Positions 18,478-27,586 of a stretch of DNA of 32,000 nucleotides are shown in pieces (position 1 is the first letter of the stretch; each line of letters opens with the position of its first letter). The DNA is from Pseudothermotoga thermarum DSM 5069 (GTDB lineage: Bacteria; Thermotogota; Thermotogae; Thermotogales; DSM-5069), in contig NC_015707.1 in the NCBI RefSeq assembly GCF_000217815.1, forward strand, positions 1,010,014 to 1,042,013, read 5' to 3'. The translations under genes were made by a program, and so were the position numbers. The notes under the pieces were generated by a model, which was not told the DNA's origin, did no database searches, and worked only from the letters and a program-made list of their open reading frames with translations.

Positions 18478-19875
18478 CTACATCACCTCAACAGTGTAGA
18501 CCACGGCATCCTTTGTTACATACCCTGAAAAGAGAAGTTTGCCTTTGGCTTTCAACCCAAGCATCGATTGGAAAAGGTCACCAAGGTCTACGTATATTCT
18601 CATTACATCAGAACTTGGAAAACGTTTTGACAAGTATTGATAAGCTGCTTCGTCTCTCAGCTTTTTTCTCAAAGCGAGCTTTTCATATTCATCTTTTGAC
18701 ATGTTGGTCATTATCAAGTTTTTACCTTGCGTGAAGAACGCAATGTATCCGTCGAATATCGGCAGTCTGATTTCGTTCCCAAAATTCCTCGCCCCATATT
18801 TTATCAAATTGCTAAAGTCATATTCTTTTCGAAGTTGAAAGATCGCTGCAAAAAGAATCTTTTCTCCGTACAAATTACCAGTTACATACACTCTATCTGT
18901 ACTGACTTCCAAGATCGAAGAAACTATCTCGTAGATTTTCTTAACCTCCTCTTGTGCTCCTTCAAACCAAGAAGATATGTTCTTAGCTATGTCAAGCGGA
19001 CCTGAAGCTGTTGCGGAGAAAGCATAGTTTCCAATGAATGGCATTCCCAACATTGTGGAAACACCGGATACGTTGCGTCTGAAAACCTCTAGATTCGTCA
19101 AATACTGTCCCACGGTCACCCTTAAAGAATCGCTGGTTATCTCACCCTTCACTGTTGTATACTCCATCGCGGTATTTTCCAAAGAAAGATTGGCAGTGTT
19201 GAAGGAAAACGAATCAGATTTAAAGAAACCGCAAAACCAGCTATCTAAGGAAAGCAAATCTTTTATTTGCTCGAATTCATTCAACAGTTGATCGTTTGGC
19301 CTATCGTAAACGTCTATGGCTTTTTCCAAAGCCCCTTTGCTACCCGCAAAAACTAAATATCCTTCGATGTACCTTGCAAAAATTGCCACATCAGAGTCGA
19401 TCAGAATCCAAGTTCCTTCATTTGAACTTAGCTTTAAGTTCATCACCGCTGCAAACAAGCGTATCAGTTCATTTGGTTTATCAGTTTGCAAAACCACAAT
19501 CGAATTGACTCCAATGTTTTTGAAAACCTCTATGTAGTAATTTGGATCTAGTGAAAAAATAGAGCTAAGATCGATCTTTGTCCCCTTTGAGGCGTACAAA
19601 ACTTCCTTCGAAAATGCTTCGTAGAAAACCTTTGGAGATACTCCATGCGAATATTTGATGTTTTCAAGCAAGCTTTCAACTATTTTTTCAACACCAAGCC
19701 CATCTTCCTTGAGCAAAAAGTTAAAAAAAGGCACGGATGAAAGCTTTGCAAAATTTTTTTCATTGTCTTTGAAAAGCAAAAAGAAATCGTAGTCTTTTGG
19801 AACGAACTTTACAATATCGCTTGCAAGGCCTATGAAAGTAACAAGCAAAATTAACAGCAAAAAAGCTTTTTTCAT
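18478..19875 (-). CDS. Uncharacterised exported protein (cleavable-looking signal peptide)
   Basis: [20 protein letters not shown]... is signal-peptide-like. 465 aa with no motif I recognise. AGGGGTGA SD 6 nt upstream. The start overlaps the tlyA stop (ATGA), and the stop is 1 nt from the secA start. Confidence 0.7.
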   Translation of the reverse strand: MKKAFLLLILLVTFIGLASDIVKFVPKDYDFFLLFKDNEKNFAKLSSVPFFNFLLKEDGLGVEKIVESLLENIKYSHGVSPKVFYEAFSKEVLYASKGTKIDLSSIFSLDPNYYIEVFKNIGVNSIVVLQTDKPNELIRLFAAVMNLKLSSNEGTWILIDSDVAIFARYIEGYLVFAGSKGALEKAIDVYDRPNDQLLNEFEQIKDLLSLDSWFCGFFKSDSFSFNTANLSLENTAMEYTTVKGEITSDSLRVTVGQYLTNLEVFRRNVSGVSTMLGMPFIGNYAFSATASGPLDIAKNISSWFEGAQEEVKKIYEIVSSILEVSTDRVYVTGNLYGEKILFAAIFQLRKEYDFSNLIKYGARNFGNEIRLPIFDGYIAFFTQGKNLIMTNMSKDEYEKLALRKKLRDEAAYQYLSKRFPSSDVMRIYVDLGDLFQSMLGLKAKGKLLFSGYVTKDAVVYTVEVM

Positions 19876-20660
19876 CCCAATTCACCCCTGAATTTTTCCC
19901 AGGCTTTTTCAACCGTATCTAAGACAACCTTATCGTCGATAGGGTTCATATTTTTCTTCTTCAGGTGCAAGAAATATTCTATATCTCCATCGCCACCAGT
20001 CAACGGGGAATATGTAACATTAACAGCAATTAATCCAAATTCTTGTGCCTTTTCAATTACTCTTTTTATTGCCTCAAAATGTGCTCCTTTGTTTTTTCTC
20101 AACCGATATCCAACTTCAAACTGTGGTTTTACCAATATAACTGCGTCACCTTCCTCTTTGAGAATCGAAGATATTTGACCAAGTATTTGTGTTACGGATA
20201 TAAATGAGACATCGCACAAAACTATATCGATCTCTTCTTCAAAAAGATCCTTTCTCAAATCCTTTGCATTTTGATTTTCCATGCATACAACTTTTGGATC
20301 TTTTCGGAGGAATTCCGCAAGTTGATTTGTGCCAACATCCACAGCGTAAACTTTTTTGGCACCGTGCAGCAATGCAAAGTGTGTAAAGCCCCCTGTTGAT
20401 GCACCTATGTCGCAAACAATTTTTCCTTCGAAATCTATTTCAAAAGTTTCGTAAGCTTTTTGAAGTTTTTCTCCACCTCTACTTGCAAAAATTCTTTCTG
20501 AAGATAGTTTGATTTCGGTTTGCTCATCGACCAACTTCCCTGGTTTTTTGCATATCGAATTGTTCACGTAAACTCTTCCAAGTTTTATAAGATCCCTTGC
20601 TTGCGATCTTGTTTTTGCAAGTCCTTTTTTCACAAGCAAAAGATCCAATCTAATCCTCAT
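19872..20660 (-). CDS. tlyA: TlyA-family rRNA 2'-O-methyltransferase (S4 + FtsJ-like domains)
   Basis: [25 protein letters not shown] (S4 RNA-binding) and RGGEKL...DIGASTGGFT (SAM-binding). 262 aa. Confidence 0.9.
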   Translation of the reverse strand: MRIRLDLLLVKKGLAKTRSQARDLIKLGRVYVNNSICKKPGKLVDEQTEIKLSSERIFASRGGEKLQKAYETFEIDFEGKIVCDIGASTGGFTHFALLHGAKKVYAVDVGTNQLAEFLRKDPKVVCMENQNAKDLRKDLFEEEIDIVLCDVSFISVTQILGQISSILKEEGDAVILVKPQFEVGYRLRKNKGAHFEAIKRVIEKAQEFGLIAVNVTYSPLTGGDGDIEYFLHLKKKNMNPIDDKVVLDTVEKAWEKFRGELG

Positions 20661-22060
20661 CTATTCACCACCCAGCAACCGTTAGAACACACCACTACTA
20701 TTCCCCATTCGAAAAACCTTATCTTTTTTACGTCTTCGAAAAAATGGATGGTGTCAGCGTAAATTTTAGTTTTTCCATTTTGCAAGATTGCAAATACATC
20801 ACCTGACCTGACGACTTGAATTGATTCGTCGAAAATTTCTAAACCGTTTTTCCAAACGCCAAAGTTTTTTCCAGCTATTTCTTCAACAATGGTTCCTTCT
20901 AGCGTCAACTTCAAGATTTTTTCTTCCAATCCAACGTATAAGTAATTACCATCAGTGGCAACTGCCCAAGCAAATGGTAAATGATTTTCAAGCAAAATCT
21001 TTCTTGTTTTCAAATCTATTATCCGCAAGTACGAAGATAAATCAAGTACGAACAATTTGTCGCCTACTGCACACCATTCAACCACAGGACCAGATATTCT
21101 CATGGTCCAAGAAAGATCGATTGGAGCAATCACACCACTTGCAAACAAAAGAAAATCTTTTATTTTGCCAATCAAAGTCGAGGAAAAAGTGCTTCCCTCA
21201 ACTTTGAGAGTGTACCTTTTTTGTAGAATACGTCCATCCGATGTTATGTCAAAAGGTTCTTGCGTATTTATTATTTTTCCATCCGGCGTGTACAACTTTT
21301 GGTCTTTGTATATGTAAAAGCCCTTTGAAGCTTTGTAAACCATTTCAGCGTCGGGAAAGAAGTTCGTTGGACTTATATCCATGTCGCTTTCAACGTAAAC
21401 AACTTGTCCAAGGAACTTGTGAAAACCTTCTTCTACTAAGAACTTTTGCCCTAATATTGTAACCGCGTAGAGTTTTTGCTCAAAGTCAAAAGTAACCGGT
21501 TTGATCACATTTGGAATTTTTGAAATTTCAATTTGTTCATCGGCGATCTTGACAACATATCCTTCGCTTGGAACAACGTTGTCTGGAAAGAAAAAAGATA
21601 CCATTTTCCCGAATTCTTCATCAAAATCTTCTACTTTTCCAAAACTTTGCAAAACGTTGTTTTTGTATCTAACCTTCACGTTGAACATGTCATATCCTGT
21701 TCTCAGTTTTACGTAAAAAACATCTCCCCATCCAACTAATACACCTTTTTCGTTTAGAACCTTTTCTACAGCGTCTTTTAAATCTCGCGGACCATCGTAA
21801 AGAAGGCTTACAACAGGTAAAGTTTTCCATTGAAGAATGAGATCAAGGTCATCATCTTCGGGCTCGTCGAAACCAACGTAATAAATCACACCGTTTTCTT
21901 CGTGAATTATCAACTCTCGTCCGAAGAAGTCGATTCTTGTGTATTGGGCGAAAGCGAGAATTCCACAGAGTACAAGTAAAGCCCATGTGCAGGCGCGGTA
22001 GCAGGTGCCAGCGATCGATTTCTTGACTCCAATATTTCCTTTATTTTTATTGGTTCCCAT
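20657..22060 (-). CDS. Uncharacterised membrane-anchored protein, possibly repeat/beta-propeller-like in the C-terminal half
   Basis: Basic N-terminus plus one hydrophobic helix ([16 protein letters not shown]). 467 aa. There is only one in-frame ATG/GTG/TTG upstream of the helix (ATG 22058-22060, preceded by GGGTGGGAG). Confidence 0.65.
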   Translation of the reverse strand: MGTNKNKGNIGVKKSIAGTCYRACTWALLVLCGILAFAQYTRIDFFGRELIIHEENGVIYYVGFDEPEDDDLDLILQWKTLPVVSLLYDGPRDLKDAVEKVLNEKGVLVGWGDVFYVKLRTGYDMFNVKVRYKNNVLQSFGKVEDFDEEFGKMVSFFFPDNVVPSEGYVVKIADEQIEISKIPNVIKPVTFDFEQKLYAVTILGQKFLVEEGFHKFLGQVVYVESDMDISPTNFFPDAEMVYKASKGFYIYKDQKLYTPDGKIINTQEPFDITSDGRILQKRYTLKVEGSTFSSTLIGKIKDFLLFASGVIAPIDLSWTMRISGPVVEWCAVGDKLFVLDLSSYLRIIDLKTRKILLENHLPFAWAVATDGNYLYVGLEEKILKLTLEGTIVEEIAGKNFGVWKNGLEIFDESIQVVRSGDVFAILQNGKTKIYADTIHFFEDVKKIRFFEWGIVVVCSNGCWVVNR

Positions 22061-22692
22061 ACTCCCACCCCAACCTTTACCAAAGCACCAACGATGTTTC
22101 TAACCATCCTTCTTAGGAAAGATCTGCCTTCAACTCTTATCAGAATCAAATTTTTCCTAAGTCGAAGTATTCTAATTCGATAAATCGTTCTAACCGTTGA
22201 TTTTTCGTTACCTTCAGTTTTTGCAAAAGCTTTGAAGTCGTGTTCTCCTTCCAGATATTTTGCCGCTTCGCGCATTTTGTTAACGTCGAGTTCGTATGGA
22301 AACCACCAGTAATATTTTCTTGTGAAAACATTCGGGGTTTTCCCGTTGTAGATGAAATAATGATATATTCTACGAGTTGCACAAAATCTTGGGTTGAAGT
22401 CTTTTGGAACTTCTATAACCTTTCTAACATACACATCGTCCGGCAAGTTCGCGTTGAGAGCGTTTTTCATGTTTTCAGGGGGAATATCATATGGGCAATC
22501 GAAGGCTATGACCTGGCCTACGGCGTGCACGCCAGTATCTGTTCTTCCCGCACAAACGACAGAAATTTTTGTTTTAAAAATCCTTTCAAGAGCTTGTTCT
22601 ATCACACCTTGAACTGTTCTGACATCTTTTTGAAGTTGAAAACCAAAGAAGTTGTTTCCATCGTAAGAGATCACAGCCGCAAACTTTTTCAC
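21910..22692 (-). CDS. truA: tRNA pseudouridine(38-40) synthase TruA
   Basis: [15 protein letters not shown] and the catalytic GRTDTGVHA motif. The start is GTG 22690-22692 (8 nt after AGGGGG) or GTG 22696-22698. The 3' end runs 151 nt into the next gene. Confidence 0.9.
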   Translation of the reverse strand: MKKFAAVISYDGNNFFGFQLQKDVRTVQGVIEQALERIFKTKISVVCAGRTDTGVHAVGQVIAFDCPYDIPPENMKNALNANLPDDVYVRKVIEVPKDFNPRFCATRRIYHYFIYNGKTPNVFTRKYYWWFPYELDVNKMREAAKYLEGEHDFKAFAKTEGNEKSTVRTIYRIRILRLRKNLILIRVEGRSFLRRMVRNIVGALVKVGVGVWEPIKIKEILESRNRSLAPATAPAHGLYLYSVEFSLSPNTQESTSSDES

Positions 22693-22720
22693 CTTCACAA
22701 CCCCCTTTTTGTTTATTCAT

Positions 22721-23065
22721 GGGGGAGAGGAACTGTAAGCCGGATTCTGTCGAGGGTGGTCATCTATCTAGGGAGAACCTTTCGGTCCTCCTCAAGCGGC
22801 CTACCCGGGGGATAGGGCGGGCCACCCAACCCCTGCTTGGCCTTGCTCCAGGTGGGGGTTACCGAGCCGCTGGGTCACCCCAGCGCTGGTGAGCTCTTAC
22901 CTCACCTTTTCACCCTTGCCTGGCAAAAAAATTACGCCAGGCGGTTTGAAGTTTCTGTGGCCCTTTCCGAGGATCGCTCCTCCTGGGTATTACCCAGCAC
23001 CCTGCCCTAGGAGTCCGGACTTTCCTCGGGTTTTGAAAACCCGCGACCACCCGTTCCTCTCCCCC
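22721..23065 (-). ncRNA. rnpB: RNase P RNA, bacterial type A
   Basis: The reverse complement contains GAGGAAAGUCCGGACUCC (P4 5' strand), AAGGGUGAAAAGGUGAGGUAAGAGC, GGUAACCCCCACCUGGAGCAAGGCCAAGCAGGGGUU and ACAGAAUCCGGCUUACAG (P4 3' strand). P1 is formed by GGGGGAGAGGAAC/GUUCCUCUCCCCC. About 345 nt and very GC-rich. Confidence 0.97.
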
Positions 23066-23076
23066 TTGATTGTTCT

Positions 23077-23982
23077 TTACTGAAAAATATCTCCAACTTT
23101 CACCAATCTCCCATTCATCGCATCCAGAAACCTCATTCTTTTTTTCGAAGGAAATTGCACATCTGAAATGACAACAACTCCATCGCTTGTTTTAACATGT
23201 GCTCCCAGTTCATCTATTCGAATTATCCTTCCTGGATCACCTTGACCATTTTCTTTGACTGAAGTAACCTTAAACAGTTTAACCAACTGACCGTTCAAGT
23301 TAGCCTTTACACCCGGATTAGGATCATAAGCCCTAATTTTGTCCTTCACTTTAACGGTTTGTTTAGAAAAGTCCACAAGCAGATCTTCTGGATTTATCTT
23401 CGGAGCATAAGTTGCCAACTTATCATCTTGAGGAATTAATTTGACATGATCTATGTTTTTCAGAAATTCCACCAAAAGTTTGCAGCCTAATTCTATCAAC
23501 CTTTCCTGCAGTTCGCCAAAAGTCTCGTATTCACCAATTTGTAGTTTTTCTTGAAGGGCTATCGGTCCAGCGTCTAATTGTTCCGTCAGCTTGAAAATAG
23601 TTACACCAGTCACCTTTTCGCCATTTTCAATTGCCCTGTTGATCGGTGCTGCACCTCTGTACTTTGGAAGCAAAGAAGGATGAACGTTGTAAAATCCCAT
23701 TGGAAGGATATCCAGATAATGTTTTTTTATCAGTGCCCCGTATGCAACAACGATTCCTATATCTGGTTTGATTTGATCAAAAGGAACATCTTTCAATTTT
23801 TCAAACACAGGAATACCACGTTGCAATGCCAAAAGTTTCACCGGTGAAGGCAAAACTTTCAAACCTCTTCCCTTTGGCTTGTCTGGTTGGGTAACAACTG
23901 CCACAACGTTGAAACCCTCATCCAAGAGAACTTGTAAATGTTTTGCGGAGTATTCTGGTGTACCAAGAAAGATTATCCTCAT
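23077..23982 (-). CDS. fmt: Methionyl-tRNA formyltransferase
   Basis: MRIIFLGTPEYSA...VVTQPDKPKGRG...NVHPSLLPKYRGAAPI. ATG 23980-23982 gives the canonical N-terminus. An alternative GTG at 23986-23988 overlaps the def stop. Confidence 0.93.
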   Translation of the reverse strand: MRIIFLGTPEYSAKHLQVLLDEGFNVVAVVTQPDKPKGRGLKVLPSPVKLLALQRGIPVFEKLKDVPFDQIKPDIGIVVAYGALIKKHYLDILPMGFYNVHPSLLPKYRGAAPINRAIENGEKVTGVTIFKLTEQLDAGPIALQEKLQIGEYETFGELQERLIELGCKLLVEFLKNIDHVKLIPQDDKLATYAPKINPEDLLVDFSKQTVKVKDKIRAYDPNPGVKANLNGQLVKLFKVTSVKENGQGDPGRIIRIDELGAHVKTSDGVVVISDVQFPSKKRMRFLDAMNGRLVKVGDIFQ

Positions 23983-23984
23983 AA

Positions 23985-24491
23985 TCACACTCTCGAGCTT
24001 TTTGCTTTGGACTGTCTCATTATGTCAAGCAACTTTTCTCTCAGCGCAAATCTTCTTTCCGCAGGCAGAAGATCTATAAACAACCTTCCTTCAAGGTGAT
24101 CGTATTCATGTTGAACGATTCTCGCTGACCTATCTATGAATTTTTCCTCTCTTTCTTGACCATTTTCATCTATGTATCTTACAATCACTTCTTTACTTCG
24201 TTCAACGTTTTCGAAAACACCAGGTATGCTCAAGCATCCCTCTTCATCCACCACTTTTTCTGGGCTTGCGTAAATTATCTTGGGATTTATGAAAGCCCTT
24301 GGTGTTCCATCGTCCATAACAAAGATCCTAAGTGAGACTCCAACTTGAGGTGCCGCAAGTCCAACTCCATCGTACTGATACATGGTTTCAAAAAGCTCTT
24401 TTATGAAAGCTTTGACATTATCATCTATTATTTCAACTTCTTTGGTCTTTTTTCTAAGCACTGGATCACCAAGCAATCTTATTTTTTTCAC
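23985..24491 (-). CDS. def: Peptide deformylase
   Basis: GVGLAAPQVG, EGCLSIPG and QHEYDHLEG motifs. GTG 24489-24491 lies 9 nt after GGAGG (24501-24505) and is preferred over the ORF-track ATG at 24524. Confidence 0.93.
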   Translation of the reverse strand: MKKIRLLGDPVLRKKTKEVEIIDDNVKAFIKELFETMYQYDGVGLAAPQVGVSLRIFVMDDGTPRAFINPKIIYASPEKVVDEEGCLSIPGVFENVERSKEVIVRYIDENGQEREEKFIDRSARIVQHEYDHLEGRLFIDLLPAERRFALREKLLDIMRQSKAKSSRV

Positions 24492-25233
24492 GTTTTTCAA
24501 CCTCCTTGAGCCTTTCAAAGACATCTTTGTGCATCATAAAAACGCTGATGGGTGTTATCGAAACATATCCGCTTTTAACCACGATGTAATCCGCATCTGG
24601 GTCTGTATCGTCTTCGATTATATCGCCGTACATCCAATAATAGGTGTTTCCAGATGGGTCTTTCCTTTCTTCAAACTTGTCTGCATACCGTCTTTTGCTT
24701 TGTTTGGTTGCTTTCCAACCTTTGATTTCTCCTTCTGGAAAATTCACGTTGAGCGCACAGAATTTTTCAAGAAGATTAAAATCAAAGTTTCTGACAAAGT
24801 TCAAAATGAATCTGGCAGCAGCTTCAAAATCAAAATTTTCGCTTATAGGTGCTGAAAGTGCAATTGAAGGTATGCCGAGCAAAGCTCCTTCCAAAGCTCC
24901 TGAAACCGTTCCCGAGTAAACGACATCGGTTCCAAGGTTGTGACCAATGTTGATTCCACTTAAAACCAAATCAACCTTTCCTTTTGCAAGCACCTCAACC
25001 CCGATTTTCACGCAATCGGCCGGTGTTCCAGTCGCTGCATAAACCGGAAAGCTGTCCAAAACCTTAACTCTTTTAACCCATATAGGCATTCGCACCGTTA
25101 TAGCATGACCAGTTGCGCTTTGTTCTGATTCTGGCGCAACAACTAAAACTTCGTGCTCTTTTGAAAAAACTTTTGCCAAAGTGATAAGTCCAATTGAGGT
25201 AACTCCATCGTCGTTTGTTATCAGCACTTTCAT
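24466..25233 (-). CDS. surE: 5'/3'-nucleotidase SurE
   Basis: MKVLITNDDG...APESEQSATGHAIT. ATG 25231-25233 lies 6 nt after GAGGTG. The GTG at 25242 is itself part of that SD. Confidence 0.92.
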   Translation of the reverse strand: MKVLITNDDGVTSIGLITLAKVFSKEHEVLVVAPESEQSATGHAITVRMPIWVKRVKVLDSFPVYAATGTPADCVKIGVEVLAKGKVDLVLSGINIGHNLGTDVVYSGTVSGALEGALLGIPSIALSAPISENFDFEAAARFILNFVRNFDFNLLEKFCALNVNFPEGEIKGWKATKQSKRRYADKFEERKDPSGNTYYWMYGDIIEDDTDPDADYIVVKSGYVSITPISVFMMHKDVFERLKEVEKREKNKIAW

Positions 25234-25342
25234 ACTTTTCACCTCGTCCTTTTTTCATTTTATCATACATCAAATGAAAAAACTGTAAGAACAAGATTTG
25301 TAACGAAGTTCGTGTTAAAATTCAATGAAAGGAGGAAGATTT

Positions 25343-25690
25343 ATGACGTTTGCAACGCTGTTGATTTTCATAGGTACTATGCTTTTGCTGAGTGCATTCA
25401 ACTTGGTGGAAATAACCTTTGGAAAGTTTATCATGATGTTTTTCGCCGTTTTATTTGCATACTCTGGCATAAGAGATATGGTTAAAAAGGGATTTCCATC
25501 TGGACTTACGTCAATGGGTATTGCTGCCTTATTGACACTCAACGTTTTCAGAATTTTCACAACAGGTTTTTGGCAAGCTTTGACAATTGTTGTTGCTGTT
25601 GCGTTGATTCAATCCGGCATCGCCATAATAAAGTCTGCTTGTCGAAAACATCAGCTAATGAAAAGAATTTCAAGGAGTGATCAAGACTGA
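25343..25690 (+). CDS. Small hydrophobic membrane protein, uncharacterised (about 4 predicted TM segments)
   Basis: ATG 25343 lies 7 nt after AGGAGG (25330-25335). 115 aa of mostly hydrophobic sequence with a basic C-terminus. Its stop overlaps the proposed mnmG start. Confidence 0.6.
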   Translation: MTFATLLIFIGTMLLLSAFNLVEITFGKFIMMFFAVLFAYSGIRDMVKKGFPSGLTSMGIAALLTLNVFRIFTTGFWQALTIVVAVALIQSGIAIIKSACRKHQLMKRISRSDQD

Positions 25691-27561
25691 TCGAGGAACG
25701 TTATGATGTCATCGTTGTCGGTGCGGGTCATGCCGGTGTTGAAGCGGCTTTGGCAACCGCTAGACTTGGTTTTAAAACAGCTCTTTTAACGAACAACCTT
25801 GATCGGGTTGCTTGGGCTTCTTGCAACCCAGCTATAGGTGGTCCAGCGAAAGGTATAGTTGTCAGAGAAATAGACGCACTTGGAGGAGAGATGGCAAAAA
25901 CCACCGATGAAACGATGATAAACGTCAGGATGCTCAACACAAGTAAAGGGGCATCCGTGAGGGCACTTCGAGCACAAATAGACAAGGTTGCTTACAGTCA
26001 ATTGATGAAGTTGAAGTTGGAAAAAACGGAAAATTTGTTTTTAAAACACGCAGATGTTTGCGAAGTTTTAATCGAAAAAGGAAAGGTTCTTGGGGTTGCC
26101 GACAAGCTTGGAGTTGTTTACCTGGCACCAGTTGTGATAATAACAACTGGTACCTTTCTAAACGGGAGAATTTTCATCGGAAGGAAAACTTTTGAAGCGG
26201 GAAGATTGGGAGACTCACCAGCTCATGGTATTTCGGAGTCTCTTGCAAAATGGGGAATAAGAATCGGAAGGTTTAAAACCGGTACCCCCGCTAGGATCCT
26301 AGGAAGAAGTATAGATTTTTCCAAGATGAAAAGACAAGACACGGCTGATGAACCTTTGGCGTTCTCTTATTTCAGCGAACCAAAGGTTCTTCCAAAGGAT
26401 TATCCATGCTGGTTGACCTACACCAACCAAAGGACTCACGAAATTATAAGGCAAAATCTGGCGTTTTCTCCACTGTACGGAGAGGTAAAGCTGATCACCG
26501 GAAAAGGCCCCAGGTATTGTCCATCCATAGAGGACAAAGTAGTTAAGTTTCCTGAAAAGCAATCTCATCAAATCTTTGTTGAACCCGAAGGAAAAATGAC
26601 AACCGAATATTACTTGAACGGTTTAAGCACAAGCTTGCCATTGGAAGTTCAGTATGAAATCATCCATTCTATAGAGGGGCTTGAAAATGCCGTGATAATG
26701 AGACCAGCTTACGCTATAGAGTACGACTACACGGATCCTTCGCAACTTCAACCCACACTTGAAAGTAAAATCGTTGAAGGCTTGTTCTTGGCTGGTCAGG
26801 TAAACGGTACCAGCGGTTATGAAGAAGCCGCTGCCCAAGGTTTGGTTGCGGGAATCAACGCAGCACAAAAACTAAGAGGAGAGAAACCACTTATATTGAG
26901 CCGTTCAGAAGCTTACATAGGTGTGTTGATTGACGATCTTATAAACAAAAGCGTTGATGAACCGTACAGATTGCTCACCTCAAGGGCTGAGTACAGGCTT
27001 CTTTTAAGGCACGACAACGCACACCTTAGGTTGGCTGAAAAAGGATATCAAGTCGGGTTAATACCACGATGGTTCTACGAAAAGGTGCAAAATCTTAAAG
27101 CCAGAATTGAAACGGAATTGGAGCGGTTGAGAAATCTCATCATAAAACCAACCCAGCAGGTGAACGACATTTTGGTGCAGGCAGGAACAACACCGTTACG
27201 TCAGCCTGTGAGTTTCCTTCAACTTTTGAAACGTCAACAAATTTCTTACGAGCACATCAGAGTTCTTGATACTAGCCCAATTGATGATTCAGAAGTAATA
27301 GAGCAAGTAGAATTAACTGCAAAGTATGAGGATTACATCGAACGAATGTTCGAAGAAATTAGAACTCTGGAAAACATGAAAAAACTTCGAATACCATCTG
27401 ACATAGATTATCGAAAAGTGACAAATCTTTCTAGCGAAGCAGTTGAAAAACTTTCAAAAATTAGACCTGAAACAATCTATGAAGCATCCAAGATTCCTGG
27501 TATAACACCATCCGATTTAGCCGCTTTGGTGGCTTATCTTAAGGAAAAGCACCAAGCATGA
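25687..27561 (+). CDS. mnmG: tRNA uridine 5-carboxymethylaminomethyl modification enzyme MnmG (GidA), non-canonical CTG start proposed
   Basis: [23 protein letters not shown] (FAD dinucleotide fold) lies upstream of the first ATG/GTG/TTG (TTG 25750). The frame is open only from 25681. CTG 25687 lies 6 nt after AAGGAGTGA. The resulting 625 aa fits the family length. Confidence 0.9.
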   Translation: MIEERYDVIVVGAGHAGVEAALATARLGFKTALLTNNLDRVAWASCNPAIGGPAKGIVVREIDALGGEMAKTTDETMINVRMLNTSKGASVRALRAQIDKVAYSQLMKLKLEKTENLFLKHADVCEVLIEKGKVLGVADKLGVVYLAPVVIITTGTFLNGRIFIGRKTFEAGRLGDSPAHGISESLAKWGIRIGRFKTGTPARILGRSIDFSKMKRQDTADEPLAFSYFSEPKVLPKDYPCWLTYTNQRTHEIIRQNLAFSPLYGEVKLITGKGPRYCPSIEDKVVKFPEKQSHQIFVEPEGKMTTEYYLNGLSTSLPLEVQYEIIHSIEGLENAVIMRPAYAIEYDYTDPSQLQPTLESKIVEGLFLAGQVNGTSGYEEAAAQGLVAGINAAQKLRGEKPLILSRSEAYIGVLIDDLINKSVDEPYRLLTSRAEYRLLLRHDNAHLRLAEKGYQVGLIPRWFYEKVQNLKARIETELERLRNLIIKPTQQVNDILVQAGTTPLRQPVSFLQLLKRQQISYEHIRVLDTSPIDDSEVIEQVELTAKYEDYIERMFEEIRTLENMKKLRIPSDIDYRKVTNLSSEAVEKLSKIRPETIYEASKIPGITPSDLAALVAYLKEKHQA

Positions 27562-27586
27562 TAAAATTTCTTAAAGCGGTGAGAGC

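Noticed and set aside
22240-23083. + strand ORFs of 191 aa and 64 aa across 22240-22815 and 22889-23083.
   Set aside because: They lie antisense to truA and across the RNase P RNA gene. The GC-rich RNA sequence lacks stop codons by composition.
25243-25760. A possible replication origin near mnmG (gidA): I searched for DnaA-box clusters or AT-rich unwinding elements.
   Set aside because: The intergenic region is only 100 nt and has no repeated TTATCCACA-like boxes or Thermotoga-type AAACCTACCACC boxes. A lone ACCTACC at 7693-7699 lies inside coding sequence.
25750-27561. The ORF-track start (TTG 25750) for mnmG.
   Set aside because: It would remove the GxGxxG FAD-binding fold encoded in-frame just upstream. 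See the finding on the CTG start.
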